Positions 9,187 through 20,448 of a DNA stretch of 64,000 nt are shown here, one piece after another. The DNA is from Thiotrichaceae bacterium. Lineage in GTDB: Bacteria > Pseudomonadota > Gammaproteobacteria > Beggiatoales > Beggiatoaceae. Below the pieces are notes generated by a model that saw only the letters and a program-made list of their open reading frames with translations, searched no databases and had not been told where the DNA came from. The DNA lies in contig JAQTYU010000001.1 of assembly GCA_028688145.1 (NCBI GenBank), positions 266,284-330,283 of the forward strand, read 5' to 3'. Within the stretch, counting starts at the first letter, position 1. Every line of letters starts with the position of its first letter. The position numbers and the translations under genes were made by a program.

Positions 9187-10047
9187 CTATTGAGCGAGGG
9201 CTTGCCCCATATTGACTGAGGTTTGCGCGGTTAAGTGAGGCATCCATGCGAGTTTTTGCCCCTCAAGAAGGATTATCACCGTAGAACCCATATTAAAACG
9301 TCCGAGTTCTTGTCCCTGCTGTAAAGTGGGGGCAGTTGCAGCAGGGTATTGCCAATCTTTAATGTCGGTGGTGTAAGGCGGGGTAATTTGACCTGCCCAT
9401 ACTGTTTCCATACTGCCGACAAACACTGCGCCGACCAAAATCACTGCCATTTTTCCAAACGCGGTCTCAAAAATGCAGACGACGCGCTCATTGCGGGCAA
9501 AAACTTTGGGAACAGTACGCACGGTGCGTTGATTGACACTGAATAAATTCCCCGGAATATAACGCATCTGGATGAGACGCGCCTCACAAGGGCTGTGAAT
9601 GCGGTGATAATCTTTGGGAGATAAATAAATAGTACAAAATGAACCATCCGCAAATGCGGCGGCTAATGCGGGATCGCCACCTAACAAACTGGTGACGCTG
9701 TATTCATGTCCCTTGGCTTGCAAAATATTGTGCTGTTGAATTTGTCCCAATTGGCTAATTGCGCCATCGACGGGAGAAATCAAAGCGGTATTAGCCAGTG
9801 GGCGCGCGTCAGCACGCAGGGCGCGGGTAAAAAATTGATTGAAACTGCGGTAGTGTGACAATTCAGGATGTTGCGCTAAACTCATGTCGACCGCATAGCT
9901 TCGGACAAATTGCCGAATCATAAATTGCGTTGCGCCGCCCAGCTCGAGGCGGGTTAAGCGAAACATTAAGCGGGACAGCAAGTGTTGAGGAATTAAATAC
10001 TGCGGGACAGTTTTTAACCAGTCTTGCCAATCGGGTGAATTAGTCAT
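9187..10047 (-). CDS. psd: phosphatidylserine decarboxylase proenzyme
   Basis: C-terminal LGRFNMGSTVI (the GST self-cleavage motif) and overall Psd-like sequence. Confidence 0.85.
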   Translation of the reverse strand: MTNSPDWQDWLKTVPQYLIPQHLLSRLMFRLTRLELGGATQFMIRQFVRSYAVDMSLAQHPELSHYRSFNQFFTRALRADARPLANTALISPVDGAISQLGQIQQHNILQAKGHEYSVTSLLGGDPALAAAFADGSFCTIYLSPKDYHRIHSPCEARLIQMRYIPGNLFSVNQRTVRTVPKVFARNERVVCIFETAFGKMAVILVGAVFVGSMETVWAGQITPPYTTDIKDWQYPAATAPTLQQGQELGRFNMGSTVIILLEGQKLAWMPHLTAQTSVNMGQALAQ

Positions 10048-10410
10048 GTTAAGTTAGGCACTACAGCGTTATTAATCATGGGCGACTTCCTACCTGTCTT
10101 AAATATAAAACACGCTATCCTCAGCGCGTTAAGTGTCTCAATTTTGCCACAAATGTTGAAACATTGCCACTATTGATTAGCTGTGACCCAGGATATTTTT
10201 TCAAATAATCTCTTGAAAACAGCGGACTAGCCCCCAATCCTTATGAACAAGTCAGGCATTACTCAGCGTGAGTTCTACCCTCTCGCAGTGTTGTGCCTGA
10301 CCCACACTGCGCCCTAAATGCTTTGGTTTCATGGCTTACAAACAAGCCAGGCTGGACATTTTTGGGCGCGGTGTTCCACCCGAATTTAGATAAAAATTTT
10401 TGAGTGCCCC

Positions 10411-10464
10411 TTGACTTCATTTTTTTAGTCACTATTATTAGCACTCAATGGCTGCAAGTGCTAA
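10411..10464 (+). promoter_or_regulatory. σ70-type promoter (TTGACT-16-TATTAT) overlapping a CIRCE operator (TTAGCACTC-N9-AAGTGCTAA) upstream of groES
   Basis: -35 at 10411-10416, -10 at 10433-10438, CIRCE inverted repeat at 10438-10464 with one mismatch to the consensus. Confidence 0.6.
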
Positions 10465-10537
10465 CAATAGCAGAGTGTAATAAGTGGCTATCACTGAACA
10501 TAAGCATTATCTTATCTAATAACTAAGGAGTTGAAGT

Positions 10538-10828
10538 ATGTCAATTCGTCCATTACATGACCGCGTTATCGTCAAACGTGTTGAAGAAGAACGTAAAACG
10601 GCTAGCGGGATTGTGATTCCTGATTCTGCCACTGAAAAGCCCGTGCGTGGAAAGATCATTGCAGTTGGCAAAGGCAAGATTTTAGAAAATGGCGAAGTGC
10701 GTCCTTTAGATGTCAAAGTAGGCGACATCGTGCTGTTTGGTAAATATTCAGGCAGTGAAATCAAGTTCGACGGCGAAGAGCTGTTAGTGATGCGTGAAGA
10801 AGACCTGGTAGCAATTCTCGAAGACTAA
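10538..10828 (+). CDS. groES: co-chaperonin GroES
   Basis: [18 protein letters not shown]...GKY, canonical. Confidence 0.97.
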   Translation: MSIRPLHDRVIVKRVEEERKTASGIVIPDSATEKPVRGKIIAVGKGKILENGEVRPLDVKVGDIVLFGKYSGSEIKFDGEELLVMREEDLVAILED

Positions 10829-10843
10829 GCATTTAGTCTGTAA

Positions 10844-12535
<1,692 letters not shown>

Positions 12536-12594
12536 CAATCAGGCGCGGTATAAACTGGCTTTGCTGGTTTGAACTGCGCATTGATTTAAAAATG

Positions 12595-12650
12595 AACCCC
12601 GTCAGGTATCCAGTGAAAACTGGGGGCTTGGCGGGGTTTCTTTTATTATT
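12595..12650 (+). terminator. probable rho-independent terminator after groEL
   Basis: AACCCCG...CGGGGTT stem with an internal CCAGTG-AAAA-CTGG hairpin, followed by TCTTTTATT. Confidence 0.4.
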
Positions 12651-12752
12651 GAAATTTTATTTAGAAAATAACCTTAATTTTCACTTTTACAGCTTTGTAG
12701 ATTAAGGTATTATTTCCCAATCGTTTTTAATGTCTTTCAAGGATAACTAATT

Positions 12753-14972
12753 ATGATTGAATCTATTAAGCTCTCAAATATTGCCACATATAAAGCTTCA
12801 CAACATCTCAACGGCTTATCTCAATTTAATTTTATCTTTGGTGGTAATGGTTCAGGTAAAACAACTATTACAAAAGTTATTGCGGATGAGAATGCATTTC
12901 CAACCTGTTCAATTAGATGGAAAGACAATACTCCTCTACGAGCACTGGTTTACAATGAGGATTTTATCGCAAATCACTTTCATCAATCCGCAGAAATTAA
13001 AGGTATATTCACCCTTGGAAGCGAGAATCTGTCTATAGAAGAACAAATTAGAGGTAACAAAACAAAACTTGAAAAATTTCAAGAGAAAATCCTGAAAGCT
13101 GAAAATAATAAAAGTGCCAAACAAAGTGAACTATCAAGTTTAGAAGAAGAATTTAAGAATTTTTGTTGGAGCATTTATAGCAAACATAAAGACTCGCCCA
13201 TAGTTAGTGTTTTTGAGGGTCTTAGGAGTAAAAAAGAACTCTTCAAAAATGAAGTTCTTCAACAATCAGAAAATAATACTGACACATCGGAGTCCCTTGA
13301 ATTAGCGATTCTTGAGGAGAAGGCGAGGGTTATTTTTGGAAAAGATTTGGCTTTCGTAGGACTGATGTCAACTATTGACTCAGAAATAACAGATATTGTT
13401 AAGCATGAATCCAATTCTATCCTGAAAAAGTGCATATTAGGAAAGAATAATATTGATATCGCAAAAATTATTCAACAATTAGGTAATAGTGATTGGGTTA
13501 AAGCAGGTCGTGGTTTTTATGAAAAAATTGATCAGAAAATCTGTCCCTTTTGTCAACAAGAAACACAAAAACACTTCACCCAAAATTTAAGTGATTATTT
13601 TGATGAGACCTATCAGCTTGAAATGCAAGAGGTTGATAATCTCATTTCTGATTATGAGAGAGCTACAACTAAGTTGCAACAAAAGCTCAACATCATTCCA
13701 ACGTCTCCCACTGAATTTCTTGACATCTCCATTCTGGAAGATAAGAAGCGATTATTAGATTCTCGTTTGAGTATCAATAGTCAAAAACTATCTTTGAAGA
13801 AGAAAGAGCCTAGTCAAAGCGTTGCACTAGACTCTGTAAGCATAGTTTTATCTGAGATTAAAAATCTTATCGATTCTGCAAATGAACAGATTGAAAAACA
13901 TAATGCGCTTATTAGAAATCGAGTGGAAGAGAAAAACATTCTAAAATCTCAGGTATGGAAATATCTAGTTGGCATAGAGTTAAAGGATCGTCTCACACGT
14001 TACAATAAAGATAAAGATTCCTTATTAAAGGCAATTAAAGGGTTAGGGAAGAACATCGATAATTGGCGGAATGAAAAAAGTAACATAGACTCTGAAATCG
14101 CAAGGCTTCAAGAGCAAATCACCAGTATTCAGCCTACAATGGTTGGCATGAATAATATTTTAGCCTCTTTTGGTTTTCAGGGGTTTTCTTTTGTACAAGC
14201 AGACGGTGAGATAGCTGCTTATAAGTTAGTGCGTTCAGATGGAACGGATGCTAAAAGAACATTGAGCGAGGGCGAGAAGAGCTTCATTACTTTTTTGTAT
14301 TTTTATCATCTGATTAAGGGAAGTAATGCTGAAACAGGAGCAGCAGAAAATCGGGTTGTGGTGTTTGATGATCCCGTTTCTAGTTTAGACAGTGATATTT
14401 TATTTATTGTGTCGAGTCTAATAAAAGGTATTTTCAATGAAGTACGTAATCAGACAGGCTATATAAAACAAGTATTTATTTTTACGCATAACATTTATTT
14501 TCACAACGAAGTTACATTTAATGCCAAGCGCGCTCCTAATAGCATACTGAAAGAGGAAACTTTTTGGATTGTACGCAAGTTAGATTTAGTCACGAAACTA
14601 GAAAAACAAACATCTAACCCGATTAAAAACTCATATAATTTACTGTGGTCGGAAATTCGCAACAAAACATATTCAAATTTGAACATCCAAAATATATTAC
14701 GCAGAATACTTGAATATTATTTCAAATTATTAGGTGAGCTTGATTTCACACAATTCTGTGAATTGTTTGATGGGCGTGAAAAGATTATTTGTAATACATT
14801 AACTTCTCAGTTTCATGAAGGTTCACAACCTGCATATGATGATGCTTATGTCTCTAGCCAATATAATTCCACACCCGACACCTATTTACATGTATTCAAA
14901 GCGATTTTTGAAAAATCAGGGCATATCAAGCATTATGAAATGATGATGCGTACCTCCAATCAAGAAGCATAA
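12753..14972 (+). CDS. RloC-like anticodon nuclease: AAA_13-type ATPase with a coiled-coil zinc-hook insertion
   Basis: 739 aa. Walker A FGGNGSGKTT at the N-terminus. Long coiled-coil insert containing CPFC (a Rad50-like CxxC hook). ABC-like D-loop VVFDDPVSSLD. C-terminal RRILE...(34 aa)...H, the R-X3-E...H spacing of PrrC/RloC anticodon-nuclease domains. The gene is clearly more AT-rich than its neighbours. Confidence 0.65.
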   Translation: MIESIKLSNIATYKASQHLNGLSQFNFIFGGNGSGKTTITKVIADENAFPTCSIRWKDNTPLRALVYNEDFIANHFHQSAEIKGIFTLGSENLSIEEQIRGNKTKLEKFQEKILKAENNKSAKQSELSSLEEEFKNFCWSIYSKHKDSPIVSVFEGLRSKKELFKNEVLQQSENNTDTSESLELAILEEKARVIFGKDLAFVGLMSTIDSEITDIVKHESNSILKKCILGKNNIDIAKIIQQLGNSDWVKAGRGFYEKIDQKICPFCQQETQKHFTQNLSDYFDETYQLEMQEVDNLISDYERATTKLQQKLNIIPTSPTEFLDISILEDKKRLLDSRLSINSQKLSLKKKEPSQSVALDSVSIVLSEIKNLIDSANEQIEKHNALIRNRVEEKNILKSQVWKYLVGIELKDRLTRYNKDKDSLLKAIKGLGKNIDNWRNEKSNIDSEIARLQEQITSIQPTMVGMNNILASFGFQGFSFVQADGEIAAYKLVRSDGTDAKRTLSEGEKSFITFLYFYHLIKGSNAETGAAENRVVVFDDPVSSLDSDILFIVSSLIKGIFNEVRNQTGYIKQVFIFTHNIYFHNEVTFNAKRAPNSILKEETFWIVRKLDLVTKLEKQTSNPIKNSYNLLWSEIRNKTYSNLNIQNILRRILEYYFKLLGELDFTQFCELFDGREKIICNTLTSQFHEGSQPAYDDAYVSSQYNSTPDTYLHVFKAIFEKSGHIKHYEMMMRTSNQEA

Positions 14973-14987
14973 AAAAACCTCAATAAA

Positions 14988-15030
14988 ACAAAACCCATCA
15001 AGCACATTGTCCACTTGATGGGTTTTATTA
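14988..15030. terminator. bidirectional rho-independent terminator between convergent rloC-like and methyltransferase genes
   Basis: 11-bp perfect stem AACCCATCAAG/CTTGATGGGTT flanked by an A-run and a T-run. Confidence 0.6.
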
Positions 15031-15076
15031 TAAAAATAAGCAGGTTCTAAGCTGCTCAGTACAAGATTAGCGCAAA

Positions 15077-15910
15077 TTAAGGCTTACGGAATTGCATAAT
15101 GCCCCAAGATAAATAGCCATTGTTGCCACCATCTACCCAATGTTGCAGACCAACACGCATTTTATCAATGTAATCTTGATCGCAGATTTCCAACATTTCA
15201 CCATAATTGGCTTCAATTTCTTCCAGCACACGCCGATAATGTTCCACCAAATTGGACGTTAAATCCAGCACTTGCACGGTTTGAAAACCCACTTTTTCCG
15301 CTGTGGCTTGGTAATATTCCATCGAAGCCATCGAATCTAACATAATGCGGTCTAAAATCGGTTGCAATGCACCTTCGGGACAGTTTTCAGTTTGCATCAA
15401 ATCCACAAAAATAAACTCGCCGCCCGATTTAAGCACACGAAACGCTTCTTTTAACACACTTTCCTTATCGCCACTGTGTAACAAAGCATCTTGTGAAGAC
15501 ACAATGTCATACTGTGCATCAGCAAACGGCATTTCTTCAAAATTGCCATCGATAACTTTCACTTTGTGCTCAAGCGATTGTTCGCGATTGAAAGCACGAT
15601 TACGCTCGTTATGCACTTCACTCAGGTTCAAACAATCCACCATGCAACCAAACGTCCGCGCCAAATACCGCGCACTACCGCCATAACCCGAACCAATTTC
15701 CAACACCTTAGTGTCAGCATTCAGTTTCAAACAACTGGCAATTTTTTCAATGGTGCGTTGGCTTGCAACAGCGATAGACTCACCGGGTTTTTCATAAATA
15801 CCAACATGAATAAACTCGCCGCCCCACACTTTGAAATAGAAATTATCGGCATTCTTGCTGTTGTAATAACTACGGGCAGTTTGTACCGTAGAGGAATATA
15901 CGCTCATCAT
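15077..15910 (-). CDS. SAM-dependent methyltransferase, sarcosine/dimethylglycine N-methyltransferase-like
   Basis: N-terminal YYNSKNADNFYFKVWGGEFIHVGIY and the SAM motif LEIGSGYGG resemble glycine-betaine-pathway N-methyltransferases. Assignment is by recollection of family motifs. Confidence 0.6.
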   Translation of the reverse strand: MMSVYSSTVQTARSYYNSKNADNFYFKVWGGEFIHVGIYEKPGESIAVASQRTIEKIASCLKLNADTKVLEIGSGYGGSARYLARTFGCMVDCLNLSEVHNERNRAFNREQSLEHKVKVIDGNFEEMPFADAQYDIVSSQDALLHSGDKESVLKEAFRVLKSGGEFIFVDLMQTENCPEGALQPILDRIMLDSMASMEYYQATAEKVGFQTVQVLDLTSNLVEHYRRVLEEIEANYGEMLEICDQDYIDKMRVGLQHWVDGGNNGYLSWGIMQFRKP

Positions 15911-16039
15911 GCTTCAGTCCTTAAATTAAACGCTTAGATGAAAAATGAACTTTCTAAATCAGAAATTTTTTTATCATCAATCGATTGTATCACTATAAAA
16001 TAATAATACAGCTTGCCAGACTATTTTGTCCAGAACTCG

Positions 16040-19000
16040 TTATTTTTTCAAACCAAAGAAGTGTTGAATTTGATTGCGAATCCGTTCTCGCAAGGTATCT
16101 TCTTCCTCTTTGCGCTGTGCCGCATCTTTCAATTGTTGCACCAGACTTAGCTTGGAACTGGTTCTTAAGCGGCGTTGCGTCAGAACTTTACTAAATAATT
16201 CAGAAATGGCAGGTTGTTTCGCCATCACGGGCGCAATATCCGCTTTGGTAATTTCAAACAACACAGTTTCCGTCATTGAAACCACGGTCGCCGTGCGATC
16301 CGCCCCCGTCAGCAATGCCATTTCCCCAAAGAAATTCCCTGAACCCAAACGCGCCACTTCCGTGGTTTCGCTAACCGCCGCACTGTCTTTCACATTAACC
16401 CGCACACTCACCACGCCTTCGACCACGATGAACAAAGAATTTCCCTCGTCGCCTTGGTGTACGATAGTATCGCCTGCGGCATAGGTTTTACGGCGCATCC
16501 GTTGGCTGAGATAGAGTTTTGCTACTTCCGACAGCGGTCTGAAAATTTCAACTTCATGCAATAAAGTCAATGGCTTCGCCGCGTCATCACCGCGCTCTCT
16601 CACGCCACGAAACAGGTGTACTTCTTGGCGTTGAATCGCAGGTTTAATCCCTGCACGGTTAAGATGCAGCCAAATGCGTGTCCACACGTCTTCTAAAATA
16701 TAAAATTTGTTGTCATAGTCATCGGTGCAAAACGCTACCCAATAACTCGCACCACGTTCTTCAATACCTGTGAAAATCGCTTGTGGCGCAGGATCACGCC
16801 GAATTTTGTCCGCTGAGAGCACCGCATCCAGCAATAATTTTTTCACCCGTTCAGGCGAATGAGATTCATCAACATGCACGGTAGGCCACAACCAATACAC
16901 ATCATCGGGATAGCAATAATTCAGAATTTTCGACTCGGATGCCGCGCTATTCGGAATGCTCAAAATACATTCATTGCGCAACTTGATCCGCGTGGTGCGC
17001 CAAGTAATATCAACCACTTTACCTTCTTCATTCTCGCCAATTTTGACCCAGTCACCAACACGGAACGGACGTTCAATATTAATCGCAATCCCTGAGAAAA
17101 TATTAGAAATATTAATCTGAATTGCTAAACCGATAATCATCGCCAGCACCCCAGAAGTCGCTAGAATACTGGTGAGTTGCTGGTCAAATACGAAGGCAAC
17201 GACCCCGACTGAACCCAAGAAATACAGCATAAATGCCAAGAACATGCGGATAATATTTGGAATGGTGCGCTTGGTTTTTTCTTCCAAAGGAATCCACAAG
17301 AACCGTTCGGCGGCAATGCGCAGCAGCCACGCAGGAATCATCCACCATAGAATTTGGAAGGTGGTCAACACCACTTCTAAATTGTGGGTGCTGACTTGCT
17401 CTTCGAGCAGCTTATCCACCACCACAATTTGCGTAGACAGTAGCAGCATAAACGTGGTCAACACTTGGAAAAACCAAATTAATTTACTATAGCCTTTGCA
17501 GCGCGGATGCTTGCTCGCAATGACTAACATTAAACTAACAATGGCACTCAACACCAATGCCAAACTCATGAATTTATGAGGGACGAGTTTACTGAGGGCA
17601 AATTCAGATTCTTTGATCAATACGCCTGTATTGAAACGAGAATATTCAATTGCGCCGTCCAGTTTTTGAGCATAGCGCGGATCCCCAAAGGAGTCTTTTT
17701 TGGAAATATCTTGGAAAAACCATGCTTGATCAATATTCCAATCAAAGGACGGGCTGAATACTTGCGGACTTTGCAATTTTTGCAACACATAATCGCCATT
17801 ATTCAAACCCATACCGAGCACGTCAGTCACATAAACCAAGTTGCTGCGGGTCAATTCGCGGTGGCGGAACATCATCCCCAGCACATGTTGTTTAAACGAA
17901 TGATGCGAAGGCAAGAAGTCCATTTTGAACTTGCCCTTAATCCGATATTGACGATAAGTAATATTATTAATTACTTGATCAATCACGGGGGCTTCGATTT
18001 TTATAGGTTCAGCGGCATTGGTGAATTCTATATCTTGCGGTTTAATCGCGCCTTGATAGCGAAACCACAGGGTAAAATCGAGGGTGGAAATATACTTTTT
18101 AAAATCTAATTCACTGATTTCATTGATTTCAACCCCAGTATAAACAATGTTGGTTTTATACATGTGTTTGTCATCAATAATCACCACGCTGCCATCTTTT
18201 ACCGCTGCGTCCAAATTATAGATTTCTTTCAAGTTACGAATCACTTGCAACTGAGTCAAGGCAGAAATAATATTGCGGTTTTTATAAACCCCTAATGCCA
18301 CAGGTTTTTGTGCATCACGCCCTTCGTCGAAATAGTTAAATCCCGTCACCCCCAGCACTGCATCGCGGGCATTATCAATTTTTGCCAAATAATCCCGTAA
18401 TTTTTGACGATCTTCTTTTAAAGTTTCAGGCTTACCTTGAATCGTGCCATTTTTCAAGGCTTCGACAATTAAATGAATACTGTCATAGGCGTATGCGGCT
18501 GACCAGTCAGGTTCTTCGTGGTAACGAGCCTTATAGGCTTCACGGAATTGTTGCGCTTGCTCATTCGCTGTGTCGAATAATAAAGGCGTGGCAACATAAA
18601 TATCGTTGGTGTAATAACCGGGGCTGGCTTTTTCACGGGGAAATTCATCAAAGCCATGTAAAAAAGTCTGCTCTGAAAATGAAGATTCGCCCATTAACAC
18701 ATTGGACAAACCTGCATCTTTAATCAGTTTGACCAGCTTCACCCCTTCCACTGCTTGCACTGCCAGCAAAACGACCCCTGCATCTTCTTTCGCTTCTTGC
18801 TTGGCTTTTAATTCATTCACAATCTTTTCAAGACTGCGGTCGATATTTTTATCGTCTGTTTTAAACATCCATTTGTTTTTGACTTCTAACCCCAATTTTC
18901 TGGAGGTTTCTTCAAACACGTTGGCAAGATAGGACCCGTAAGAGGCATCTTCATGAATAATAGTGACGACTTTTTGCTGAAAAATTTGTTTGACGTAATT

Positions 19001-19594
19001 GGCGAGGAATTGCCCAGATGCGCCCGCATTGTAAATATTGCGGAAATACCACGGGTTATTTTGGGTGACTTGGATATTGACGGAACCTGGGGTAATCGCA
19101 GGAATTTGATAGTTTTTATAAACTTCGCCGCCGCTGATGGAACAAGAACTATACCAGTGTCCAATCACTGCAAGGGCTTGGTTTTTTTGGGCAATATTGA
19201 CGGCTTGATCATGGGCTTGGGTGGGATCGTTTTTGTCGTCAAATAGGTCGAGCACTATTTTACGTTCTTTAACTCCGCCCCGCTTATTCAATTGTTCCAA
19301 ATAAAGATCAATGGCGCGGGTCATTTGTTTGCCCGCTGCATCACCCTCGCCCGAAAGCGGACCGATAAAAGCAAGATGATAAGGTCGATTTTCGGTTTTG
19401 AAAAAATCTTTATAAATCAGGAAAAACAGCATCCCAAGCATGGCAACCATGCCCAGAAAAATTAAGGCAGAACGCAGCGATTTGAAAACATGCTTGAGCA
19501 TTGCAAGAAGAGATTGTATAGGAGCAAGCAGAAAAGCCAGCGGTTGAAAGAGTCTGCAAATCAATTCAAAAAAATTTGCTATTAAAGCGGTCAT
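16040..19594 (-). CDS. three-module channel protein: periplasmic solute-binding (LivK/PBP1-like) domain, MscS-family channel core, C-terminal cyclic-nucleotide-binding domain (bCNG-type)
   Basis: 1184 aa. The N-terminal ~450 aa are PBP type I-like. Multiple TM helices follow, then the MscS signature AIQINISNIFSGIAINIERPFRVGDWVKIG. C-terminal CAP_ED motifs GDTIVHQGDEGNSLFIVVEG...FFGEMALLTGADRTATVV. Confidence 0.8.
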   Translation of the reverse strand: MTALIANFFELICRLFQPLAFLLAPIQSLLAMLKHVFKSLRSALIFLGMVAMLGMLFFLIYKDFFKTENRPYHLAFIGPLSGEGDAAGKQMTRAIDLYLEQLNKRGGVKERKIVLDLFDDKNDPTQAHDQAVNIAQKNQALAVIGHWYSSCSISGGEVYKNYQIPAITPGSVNIQVTQNNPWYFRNIYNAGASGQFLANYVKQIFQQKVVTIIHEDASYGSYLANVFEETSRKLGLEVKNKWMFKTDDKNIDRSLEKIVNELKAKQEAKEDAGVVLLAVQAVEGVKLVKLIKDAGLSNVLMGESSFSEQTFLHGFDEFPREKASPGYYTNDIYVATPLLFDTANEQAQQFREAYKARYHEEPDWSAAYAYDSIHLIVEALKNGTIQGKPETLKEDRQKLRDYLAKIDNARDAVLGVTGFNYFDEGRDAQKPVALGVYKNRNIISALTQLQVIRNLKEIYNLDAAVKDGSVVIIDDKHMYKTNIVYTGVEINEISELDFKKYISTLDFTLWFRYQGAIKPQDIEFTNAAEPIKIEAPVIDQVINNITYRQYRIKGKFKMDFLPSHHSFKQHVLGMMFRHRELTRSNLVYVTDVLGMGLNNGDYVLQKLQSPQVFSPSFDWNIDQAWFFQDISKKDSFGDPRYAQKLDGAIEYSRFNTGVLIKESEFALSKLVPHKFMSLALVLSAIVSLMLVIASKHPRCKGYSKLIWFFQVLTTFMLLLSTQIVVVDKLLEEQVSTHNLEVVLTTFQILWWMIPAWLLRIAAERFLWIPLEEKTKRTIPNIIRMFLAFMLYFLGSVGVVAFVFDQQLTSILATSGVLAMIIGLAIQINISNIFSGIAINIERPFRVGDWVKIGENEEGKVVDITWRTTRIKLRNECILSIPNSAASESKILNYCYPDDVYWLWPTVHVDESHSPERVKKLLLDAVLSADKIRRDPAPQAIFTGIEERGASYWVAFCTDDYDNKFYILEDVWTRIWLHLNRAGIKPAIQRQEVHLFRGVRERGDDAAKPLTLLHEVEIFRPLSEVAKLYLSQRMRRKTYAAGDTIVHQGDEGNSLFIVVEGVVSVRVNVKDSAAVSETTEVARLGSGNFFGEMALLTGADRTATVVSMTETVLFEITKADIAPVMAKQPAISELFSKVLTQRRLRTSSKLSLVQQLKDAAQRKEEEDTLRERIRNQIQHFFGLKK

Positions 19595-19824
19595 GTTCGT
19601 GTATTACCATCTAAGGCTTAGCGGCGATAATAATGGGTTGATGATTTATGATGCGGTAGAGGGACATATCAACACACGTTGAGATAGAAAAGAGGGGTGC
19701 GCCGCGTATAATTTAGAGCGTGAATGATAACATCAAAACCTTGGAGAGAGAAAACCCTTTTAGAATGTTCACAAAGCGTTTTAGGGCGATTCTCGGAAAA
19801 TTAACAGGGCTTCGCGCCGAGGTT

Positions 19825-20325
19825 TTATTTTTTGCGCGGTAATATTCGAGCAGGAACGCCCACTGCGATTGAATTCGCAGGGACATCACAAATCACCACC
19901 GCATTTGCCCCAATTGCCACATCGTCACCGATAGTAATTGGACCTAAAATTTTTGCCCCCGCGCCAATATCGACACGATTTCCAATCACAGGCGCGCCGC
20001 GCACCCCACGATGTCGTAAACCAATCGTGACTCCATTACGAATCACCACATCATCGCCAAACACGGTGTCACCGCTGATAATAATTCCACCAAAATGTTC
20101 AATGACAAAACCACGCCCAAGCACCACTTCACAGGGTAAATCGATGCCTGTCAAAATTTGGATTGTGACGTGTAAAATTTTATACAACACAGAAAATGGC
20201 AGACGTAACCAGCGTGACTCAATACAATAACGCCAGCGTCCCAAACGATATACCAGCATCACCCAAAAACCTTGACGACTGAAACTTTGATAGTGTTGCC
20301 AGTCGGCTCGAATATTTTCAAACAT
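19825..20325 (-). CDS. WcaB/CysE-like hexapeptide-repeat serine O-acetyltransferase family protein
   Basis: MFENIRADW... N-terminus and left-handed β-helix repeats (IG..V.IG) resembling colanic-acid WcaB. Confidence 0.7.
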   Translation of the reverse strand: MFENIRADWQHYQSFSRQGFWVMLVYRLGRWRYCIESRWLRLPFSVLYKILHVTIQILTGIDLPCEVVLGRGFVIEHFGGIIISGDTVFGDDVVIRNGVTIGLRHRGVRGAPVIGNRVDIGAGAKILGPITIGDDVAIGANAVVICDVPANSIAVGVPARILPRKK

Positions 20326-20448
20326 TTAATTACTCTGGAAATAGCTTGTGTTATGTGTTGGGGGCTAAATATATAGAACTCATTTGAAGTCTTAATCTTA
20401 AGTTTGCTAGACTGAGCCCATATCAACTATTCAGTCTGAAGCTTAATT

